Assembly (NCBI GenBank): GCA_046497275.1
Contig: JAWOFX010000046.1
Location: forward strand, 1 to 7,897
Length of the DNA: 7,897 nucleotides
Direction of reading: 5' to 3'
Source: Promethearchaeia archaeon
GTDB lineage: Archaea; Asgardarchaeota; Lokiarchaeia; Sigyniarchaeales; SOKP01
Positions 1-6,113 of the stretch are shown piece after piece (within the stretch, counting starts at the first letter, position 1; every line of letters begins with the position of its first letter). A program made the position numbers and the translations under genes. The notes beneath the pieces are model-generated. The model was not told the origin of the DNA, ran no database searches, and saw only the letters and a program-made list of their open reading frames with translations.

Positions 1-549
1 GACGATGCAAATTTAATTGATATCGATCTCATTTCTATGTATTTCTCTTCTTTTAAAATGTTTGCAGGAGAGACAAATATTAAAAATTTATCACATTTGG
101 AAATCCATGGCTCCAATATTAAAGTTCAGATATATTTCAAATTTGAAGATTTTATCATAATTATATTTCTAAATTCTAACACGATTTTAGACTCAAATGA
201 AAAGTCGATGATTATTAATTATTTTGAAGATACGTTTTCCGCATTCGGAGAATCCTTGAAAAATTATAATTCATTAGAATCGAAAGAAACCATTCATAAG
301 TTAACTAAAAAAGGAACTGTTTTCCTCAAAACTCTTAATAAAAAATTTCTACAAAGGCACAATCAAATGTATCTCAATAACTATGAACAAGTTGAGAATC
401 TTAGTAAAAAAATACTTCCCGTAATTCATAATGAAATTAATGAATATTTTAAAAATATAGAAGAGGAGTTATTATATAATTTAAATCGTGAAATTGATAG
501 TAAAATCCAAGATATTATTTTTCAATCACTATCTAAATTAGAGCACTAA
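1..549 (+). CDS. 5'-truncated longin/roadblock-like domain protein with a helical C-terminal extension (Asgard-type)
   Basis: Frame 1 is open from base 1 (DDANLIDIDLIS precedes the ATG at 37), so the gene probably starts upstream of the window; TAA ends at 549. IDIDLISMYFSSFKMFAGETNIKNLSHLEIHG aligns almost without gaps to IDQALLSGLISTIGTLGRQLFKKEIANITFG of the 3729..4142 protein. A hydrophobic beta-strand (FIIIIFLN) follows. The fold call is from pattern recognition. Confidence 0.55.
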   Translation, partial: DDANLIDIDLISMYFSSFKMFAGETNIKNLSHLEIHGSNIKVQIYFKFEDFIIIIFLNSNTILDSNEKSMIINYFEDTFSAFGESLKNYNSLESKETIHKLTKKGTVFLKTLNKKFLQRHNQMYLNNYEQVENLSKKILPVIHNEINEYFKNIEEELLYNLNREIDSKIQDIIFQSLSKLEH

Positions 550-605
550 TATTTTTTCTCTAAGATCAAGTAATAATTTATACCATAGAGAATATGATTG
601 TAAAG

Positions 606-1010
606 TTAGTCCAATAATCGCTTCTCTCCTTTTAAACCCTGTATGCCTGTCACATCTTGAGAAGCTTCTACTACACCAACGTAAGTACCTTGTGGATCGC
701 GTAAAGCATAGTATTCGATAAGAATTTTTCTTGGCTGCTCTTCATAGCCTAACTGAAAGTCGATCCAAAATTGAGCCTTATTTCTTATTCCCTCTTTCAT
801 TTCATTTATGATTTTTTCTACTTTATCTAAACTTTTTTCCGGATGACAATTTCTTACATCCTTACCTAATACGGTTTCTGTTCTCTTGAATATCCTGGTT
901 TCATGATGATTCCAACTAATTACCTTGTCATTTGCATCTAATATGGAAATATCCATTGGAATTGTCTCTAAAATTCCTTCTAACATTTCTTTTGAAATTG
1001 AACCTATCAT
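606..1010 (-). CDS. Stand-alone PAS domain protein (PAS_10 type, like the C-terminal domain of DUF438/hemerythrin-PAS proteins)
   Basis: Recognisable family motifs: ILETIPMDISILDANDKV, RIFKRT..VLGKDVRNCHPEKS, FWIDF, IEYYALRDPQGTYVGVVEASQDVT, LKGEKRLLD. ATG start with an AAGGAAGG Shine-Dalgarno-like sequence upstream. Confidence 0.85.
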   Translation of the reverse strand: MIGSISKEMLEGILETIPMDISILDANDKVISWNHHETRIFKRTETVLGKDVRNCHPEKSLDKVEKIINEMKEGIRNKAQFWIDFQLGYEEQPRKILIEYYALRDPQGTYVGVVEASQDVTGIQGLKGEKRLLD

Positions 1011-1020
1011 ATTCTATATT

Positions 1021-1030
1021 TTCCTTCCTT
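1021..1030 (-). promoter_or_regulatory. Shine-Dalgarno-like sequence for the PAS gene
   Basis: The minus strand reads AAGGAAGGAA, ending 10 nt before the ATG at 1010. Confidence 0.5.
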
Positions 1031-1047
1031 GATGTTTAAAATTTTCA

Positions 1048-1055
1048 TTTATAAT
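1048..1055 (-). promoter_or_regulatory. Putative archaeal TATA box for the PAS gene
   Basis: The minus strand reads ATTATAAA about 40 nt upstream of the start codon. The same ATTATAA core sits upstream of msrA and the HEAT gene. The AT-rich background limits specificity. Confidence 0.35.
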
Positions 1056-1211
1056 CTATATATTAAAATTACAAAAAGCGTACAAATGAAATTTAGAATA
1101 AAAAATATTGAGAATTTCTTTCTCTTTTTTTAAAATTACATAAATTTAATCGATTTTACGAAAAAAACCCAATTTTTATTCCTTTATTCATAAATTGTTT
1201 TTAAGCGACTA

Positions 1212-1219
1212 TTTATAAA
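1212..1219 (+). promoter_or_regulatory. Putative archaeal TATA box for the tocopherol-cyclase-like gene
   Basis: TTTATAAA lies about 70 nt upstream of the TTG start and follows TTAAGCGACT. Confidence 0.35.
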
Positions 1220-1279
1220 TTAAAGAATGAAAATATTAATCTTATTGCTTCATTTCTCAAATTAGAAATTATATTTGTA

Positions 1280-1285
1280 GAGGAG
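1280..1285 (+). promoter_or_regulatory. Shine-Dalgarno sequence
   Basis: GAGGAG ends 5 nt before TTG at 1291. An in-frame TAA at 1237..1239 with no ATG in between supports the TTG start. Confidence 0.65.
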
Positions 1286-1290
1286 AAATC

Positions 1291-2280
1291 TTGAGAAGCT
1301 ATCGGAAAATAAGAAATCCTGCTATTTTTCAGGGATCCTTAACTAAACGATCTTATTATGAAGGATGGTATTTTAAATGTGTAAACCACAAATTAAATAG
1401 CGTTTTAGCCTTTATCCCAACAGTGGCATTAAATAAAGATAAATATCAAAAGACTTGTTTCATCCAAATTTTGGATGGTATAAGTTCAAAAGTTTATTAT
1501 ATTGAGTATCCGATAAAAGAGTTTTGGGGTTCAAATTCCCAGTTCCTTATTAAAATTGGAAATAGTTATTTTTCCAAAGACAGAATCAAATTAGATATAG
1601 ATCATAATAACACAACAATAAAAGGTGAAATCACATTTATGGAGCAAACTCCCATTCCTAATTCTTTAATATCTCCAGGAGCGATGGGACCATTCTCATA
1701 TTTACCATTTATGCAAACTTATCATGGAATCATCAGCATGAATCACCAAATAAGAGGTAATTTGAACTTAAATAATCAAGAAATCATATATGAACAAGGA
1801 TCTAAAGGCTATATAGAAAAAGATTGGGGTTCATCTTTTCCAGATGCTTGGATATGGATGCAAACAAATCATTTCAAAGAGAAACCTAAGTCTTTTATGT
1901 TATCAATTGCGGAGATACCATGGATGGGTTTAAAATTTATAGGATTTTTATCATTTCTTTTAGATGGAAAAAAAATATATCGCTTTGCTACCTATACGGG
2001 AGCAAAAATTCGAATAATTGAATTTGGAAAAGATTACGTAGATCTGATAATCGAAGATAAAAAAAATATTCTTGTTGTTAAAGCCAAAAGAGGACGTTCG
2101 GCTAGCCTAAAGGCACCGAATCTTGGTTCAATGACCTCAAGATCTATTGAAAGTATAGATTCCACCATTTTAGTTCAGCTTTATAAAAAAGATTCTAAAA
2201 ATTTTAAGAATGAACTAGTATTTGAGGATAAAGGTAAATTTGCTGGACTAGAATTAATGAAGGTCGAGAATTTGATATAG
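1291..2280 (+). CDS. Tocopherol cyclase family protein (AttH/CrtC-like beta fold); substrate unknown
   Basis: Family motifs YYEGWYFK, AFIPTVA, FIQI, GPFSYLPFMQTYHGIISM, GYIEKDWGSSFPDAWIWMQTNHF, SIAEIPW and YRFATYTGA. Beta-rich, no transmembrane segment. TTG start with a Shine-Dalgarno sequence. Confidence 0.8.
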   Translation: MRSYRKIRNPAIFQGSLTKRSYYEGWYFKCVNHKLNSVLAFIPTVALNKDKYQKTCFIQILDGISSKVYYIEYPIKEFWGSNSQFLIKIGNSYFSKDRIKLDIDHNNTTIKGEITFMEQTPIPNSLISPGAMGPFSYLPFMQTYHGIISMNHQIRGNLNLNNQEIIYEQGSKGYIEKDWGSSFPDAWIWMQTNHFKEKPKSFMLSIAEIPWMGLKFIGFLSFLLDGKKIYRFATYTGAKIRIIEFGKDYVDLIIEDKKNILVVKAKRGRSASLKAPNLGSMTSRSIESIDSTILVQLYKKDSKNFKNELVFEDKGKFAGLELMKVENLI

Positions 2281-2326
2281 TTTATTAAAATTATAAATAA
2301 ATTATTATGAGGAGCCTAAGTTTCTT

Positions 2327-2767
2327 TTATTTTCTTTTAATCTCTCCTGCTTTTTCAGTTTCTCTATTATCAATCCTCGGGATAAAAGGTTTAATATCAA
2401 GTATTGGTGTTTGATCAATCAAATCCAGATTTTTAACCTTTAAAATGTTATTTTTCCTTTCAAGAAGTTTCAGGACAGAAAATCCTATTGGATTTGGTCT
2501 TCTAGGCGTACGAATGGTAAATATGCCATGCATTTTATTATCCCTTGACGAGGAGGAGAGTAATGAAATGGGACCTTTTATGAGGTGTAAGTAAGAAATG
2601 CAAATAATATATTCATATTCTTCCAAATCTTTCAATCCTTCACTGTATTTTTCATAGATCTCAATTGAACCCTCAACATCGGAATATTTTGTTTGATGGG
2701 GAACATTATGATCTTTTTTCAGAGGAGAATGGAGAATTCCTATTCTTACAAATTCTATTTTATCCAT
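2327..2767 (-). CDS. trmO: tRNA (N6-threonylcarbamoyladenosine(37)-N6)-methyltransferase TrmO family (TsaA/YaeB, UPF0066), single-domain archaeal-size form
   Basis: IGILHSP...VPHQ, GLKDLEEY, YLH, GIFTIRTPRRPNPIGFS and DLIDQTPILDIKPF match the family signature. At 146 aa it lacks the C-terminal domain of E. coli YaeB. Confidence 0.85.
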   Translation of the reverse strand: MDKIEFVRIGILHSPLKKDHNVPHQTKYSDVEGSIEIYEKYSEGLKDLEEYEYIICISYLHLIKGPISLLSSSSRDNKMHGIFTIRTPRRPNPIGFSVLKLLERKNNILKVKNLDLIDQTPILDIKPFIPRIDNRETEKAGEIKRK

Positions 2768-2894
2768 ATTATTATTAGAAATTTAAATCCTAAAAATATG
2801 TATTTTCTAAAGAAACTCGTAATATAATTCGTAAAATAATCTTCTATAGATTATAAAAGTCTAAAAATTTTTCCTATTTTGGATTTTCATTGAA

Positions 2895-3551
2895 TTAGAT
2901 AATTTTTTCATCTTTTAGTGCTTTTTTAACAAAAGGATATTCAATTAAAGATTCAAATTCAAGATTCGGGATTTTTAGTTTGCTTATATCTTTTTTTTCA
3001 AATAAATCAGGTATAATTGCAGCTCTAAGGTTAATATTATATTTTTCTAGAAGCCTTAAGGCTTTTAGTTGTTTTTGAAAGAATTCTCCTTTAGCGCCTG
3101 TTATTTTTTGGAATGAATCCTCGTTTACTCCTTTTAATGAAACTCTAACATATAAATTCTTATATTTACTTAATTGCTCCACATAAAATTCATCTAAAAG
3201 AATACCATTTGTTTCTAAAATAAACAAAATTTCTTTTGGGATAAGCTCAATAACTTTAAATAGATGAGATTTACATAGTGTAGGCTCTCCACCACTAATA
3301 CGGATAGATGATTGATTAAATTGTAGTAGTTTTTGACAGACTTTTTTTGGCTGATAAAATTCACCAAATAGTTTTGGATTCCATACTTTTTTTTGAGCCC
3401 AACAATGGATACATCGTAAATTACATCCCAGGCAGTCTGCTGTTGCGCAACCTCCATAAAATCTCGTTTTTCTGAAACGATAATATTTTCTTAAGTGATC
3501 TTTACACACATATCTCTCAACTTTTTCAGTTAGATCTAGAGGATCAATCAT
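2895..3551 (-). CDS. Radical SAM superfamily protein, archaeal-type, function unknown (resembles COG5014 predicted Fe-S oxidoreductases)
   Basis: CxxxCxxC motif (CNLRCIHC) follows KYYRFRKTRFYGGCATAD. The RISGGEP, ETNG and VRVSLKG motifs of the partial TIM barrel are present. Confidence 0.85.
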   Translation of the reverse strand: MIDPLDLTEKVERYVCKDHLRKYYRFRKTRFYGGCATADCLGCNLRCIHCWAQKKVWNPKLFGEFYQPKKVCQKLLQFNQSSIRISGGEPTLCKSHLFKVIELIPKEILFILETNGILLDEFYVEQLSKYKNLYVRVSLKGVNEDSFQKITGAKGEFFQKQLKALRLLEKYNINLRAAIIPDLFEKKDISKLKIPNLEFESLIEYPFVKKALKDEKII

Positions 3552-3728
3552 AAATACCCATTTAAATGGCTTAAATTTTTATACAACTAATTTTATCTTT
3601 TTATAAAATAGTATTTATCTAAACTTAAATACAGCGTTAAATATTAATGTGTTAATCTTAAGGAGCTAAACATAAGATTTATTATTTTTAATAACTGAGA
3701 AATAGTTAAGACAAATCGAGAGATCTAA

Positions 3729-4142
3729 ATGATTCAAAAATTATTAATATGCGACAGCCAAGGATATCCATTTTATACCAAAGATTTTGATTCTGAAATC
3801 CCTTCTATTGATCAAGCATTATTGAGTGGATTAATATCCACTATTGGTACACTTGGTAGACAACTCTTTAAAAAAGAAATTGCAAACATTACTTTTGGTA
3901 CAGGGATAACTCAATCTCATATATTTATTGTTACGAAAGAATTATTAACTGAGGGTAAATCTATTTATTTCGTGTTTTTTATGAAGGGTGAATGTGATCA
4001 AAAATTAGTTAAAGATATTTCAACCACAATTTTCATTGAAAATAAAAACATTTTGAAGAGTTCAAATAAATTTGGCGGACAAATCAAATATCGAGTAGAT
4101 TCTGTACTCCAAAATAGATATTCTAATGTTGGTGCTAAATAA
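3729..4142 (+). CDS. Small longin/roadblock-like (profilin-like fold) protein, Asgard eukaryotic-signature type
   Basis: N-terminus MIQKLLICDSQGYPFYTKDF (beta1-beta2 hairpin with a G-x-P turn), helix IDQALLSGLISTIGTLGRQLF, strands HIFIV and IYFVFFM, and a C-terminal helix. This is the typical longin/sigma-adaptin-like layout at 137 aa. Confidence 0.65.
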   Translation: MIQKLLICDSQGYPFYTKDFDSEIPSIDQALLSGLISTIGTLGRQLFKKEIANITFGTGITQSHIFIVTKELLTEGKSIYFVFFMKGECDQKLVKDISTTIFIENKNILKSSNKFGGQIKYRVDSVLQNRYSNVGAK

Positions 4143-4212
4143 TTTAATTCACCTTGAATTTTTTAGTCAAAATTTCTTTTCCTCTTTAAATAACATTCAG
4201 CTTAATATAGAC

Positions 4213-4220
4213 TTATAAAT
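4213..4220 (+). promoter_or_regulatory. Putative archaeal TATA box for the SDR gene
   Basis: TTATAAAT lies about 43-50 nt upstream of the ATG at 4263 and has a context similar to the box at 1212. Confidence 0.4.
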
Positions 4221-4262
4221 TGGATAATTTATTTTACATCAAAAGGGATATTTTTTGACAAT

Positions 4263-5234
4263 ATGGAAAAAAAGAAGATTTTATTAACAGGAGCATCTGG
4301 TACGGTTGGATTTGCCATTTTAAAAAAATTAATGACCGAATTAGATAAATATAAAATCAGAGTATTTGCTAGAGGTTCTAAAAAAAACAGAAAACTCTTC
4401 AAACCATTTCTCAATGAGATAGAGCTTGTTTGGGGTAATATTTTAGATTTTGAAAAATGTAAAGAAGCATTAGTAAATCAAGATTTCATAATACACGCTG
4501 CAGCATTAATACCACCTCAAGCCTATAAAGATGAGGATTATACTTATGAAGTAAATGTTAACGGAACAAGAAATATTATAAGTGCAGTAAAAGAATTAAA
4601 CACAAATCCAAAGATCATTTACACTTCATCTATTGTGGTATATGGAGATAGAGTAGATAGTCCAATGATTAGTAAAAAGGATGAACTGAAACCTAATGAT
4701 ATTTATGGTAAAACTAAAGTACAAGCGGAAAAAATAATAAAAGATTCTGGATTAAAATATATCATTTTTAGATTATCTTATGTTGCAACAGTTAATACTT
4801 TAAGATTTGATCCCGTCCTATTTAGAATGCCTTTAGAATCCTCTATTGAAATAATACACCCAAAAGATATTCCTTTGGCAATAGTAAAGTCCATTAAAGA
4901 AGAGAGTTTATGGAATAATGTATATAATCTTGGAGGGGGGGAAGACTGTAGAATTCTTTTTCGAGATTATTTAAATGATATTTTAGAGATTTTGGGAATA
5001 GGGAGAAATTACTTGCCAGAGAAATATTTTGCAGAGGGAGGTTTTAATTGCGGATATATTTCAAATAATGAATATCTTCAAAACTTATTAGATTGTCAAA
5101 AACATTCTTTAGAAGATTTTTATCAAGAAGTAAGAGAATGGATTGGAATTAAGCGATATTTCGCGAGAGTGTTTAGATGGTTTATTAAGAAATATTTATT
5201 GAGTCTAAGAGGCTCAGAATCTAAAAGAGGATAG
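4263..5234 (+). CDS. Extended short-chain dehydrogenase/reductase (NAD-dependent epimerase/dehydratase superfamily; 3-beta-hydroxysteroid dehydrogenase-like)
   Basis: TGASGTVG (GxxGxxG), HAAALIPP, VNVNGT (Asn), YTSS (Ser), YGKTK (YxxxK), FRLS and YNLGGG. Basic residues after beta2 (ARGSKKNRK) suggest NADP(H). The SDR call is firm; the steroid substrate is inference. Confidence 0.85.
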   Translation: MEKKKILLTGASGTVGFAILKKLMTELDKYKIRVFARGSKKNRKLFKPFLNEIELVWGNILDFEKCKEALVNQDFIIHAAALIPPQAYKDEDYTYEVNVNGTRNIISAVKELNTNPKIIYTSSIVVYGDRVDSPMISKKDELKPNDIYGKTKVQAEKIIKDSGLKYIIFRLSYVATVNTLRFDPVLFRMPLESSIEIIHPKDIPLAIVKSIKEESLWNNVYNLGGGEDCRILFRDYLNDILEILGIGRNYLPEKYFAEGGFNCGYISNNEYLQNLLDCQKHSLEDFYQEVREWIGIKRYFARVFRWFIKKYLLSLRGSESKRG

Positions 5235-5259
5235 GAAAAATTGAAAAAAGGTAAAAAAT
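5235..5259 (-). terminator. Oligo-T archaeal-type terminator downstream of the 5-alpha-reductase-like gene
   Basis: The minus strand reads AATTTTTTACCTTTTTTCAATTTTTC, three T-runs directly after the stop codon, filling the 25-bp convergent gap. Confidence 0.5.
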
Positions 5260-6027
5260 TTAGAAAACATATGGAATTAATGCTTTTCTCCCATCAGGAT
5301 AATTGGGGAATTTTTCTTGATACCATATGTGATTTGCATGAGCTCTAGGAGCTAAGTTTGCGAAGGTCCAACAAAAAAATATTAATCCTGGTAAGGACCA
5401 AGTCATTATAGCCCACCCGCCCCACTCTATTATCTCACCTAAATAATTAGGGGAACTTACCCATTTAAATAATCCTCCCCGAGGAATCTTATGAGCATTA
5501 TCTCCACGTTCTCTTAAATTACGAATAATATAATCGGAATGCAAATTGATTCCATACCCAAATAAAAATACAATAACCCCTGAAATAAAAGCTATATTAA
5601 ATATCCAATTGATTGAATAATTTTCTGAAAAGTAATATATCCAGCGAGATTGCAGATAAGAATTTATTTTATTGAAAGTCAAACCAAACGTCATAATTAC
5701 TATTGGCATCTTGTTTTTTCCCCTTATTAAGAAAGGAAATATTAACGCCCTTTGCATATAATGAACCATCCATAGAATTAAAAAGATAATCGGTACTAAC
5801 ATTAAAATTTTATTTCCAATAATAAAATAATAAAAATAGATAATTACAGTAGGGAATTCCATGAGAAACCAACCTAATTTATTATCTATCTCTGGACCCC
5901 AATTGTCTCTTCTATGGCGACCATAAGGTGCGGATACAAAAAATAAAATAATAAATAATATTATACTTATTAATCCAAATCCCCATATCAAGAGATTATA
6001 GAGTAAATATTCATTCAATATTCTCAA
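5260..6027 (-). CDS. 3-oxo-5-alpha-steroid 4-dehydrogenase (steroid 5-alpha-reductase, SRD5A1/2-DET2 type), integral membrane protein
   Basis: Motifs APYGRH, GWFLMEFP, HYMQRALIFPFL, GINLHSDYIIRNLR, IPRGGLFKWVSSPNYLGEIIEW, NLAPRAHANHIWY and YPDGRKALIPYVF, with 6-7 hydrophobic segments. TTG start at 6027; an in-frame TAG lies just upstream at 6043..6045. Confidence 0.9.
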   Translation of the reverse strand: MRILNEYLLYNLLIWGFGLISIILFIILFFVSAPYGRHRRDNWGPEIDNKLGWFLMEFPTVIIYFYYFIIGNKILMLVPIIFLILWMVHYMQRALIFPFLIRGKNKMPIVIMTFGLTFNKINSYLQSRWIYYFSENYSINWIFNIAFISGVIVFLFGYGINLHSDYIIRNLRERGDNAHKIPRGGLFKWVSSPNYLGEIIEWGGWAIMTWSLPGLIFFCWTFANLAPRAHANHIWYQEKFPNYPDGRKALIPYVF

Positions 6028-6113
6028 AATATGAAAAATAGTCTATAAATTTATATTTTTTTTGTGTGGGGTAATATATTGAAATATCAGATGTTTTTTC
6101 TCAAAATAATTTT

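Noticed and set aside
2278-2326. Pyrrolysine or read-through at the TAG stops of the cyclase-like gene (2278..2280) and the SDR (5232..5234)
   Set aside because: Both proteins appear complete for their families. The downstream sequence is AT-rich spacer or the antisense of the next gene.
1048-2857. 13-mer TTTATAATCTATA at 1048..1060 (+) and 2845..2857 (-)
   Set aside because: It is almost all A/T and lies in opposite orientations relative to the downstream genes. It does not look like a mobile-element terminal repeat, and no transposase or target-site duplication is present.
3215-3457. 80-aa minus-strand ORF in the track
   Set aside because: It lies wholly inside the radical SAM gene in another frame and has no recognisable motif; a shadow ORF.
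4229-4414. 61-aa minus-strand ORF
   Set aside because: It is antisense to the conserved Rossmann N-terminus of the SDR and has no motif.
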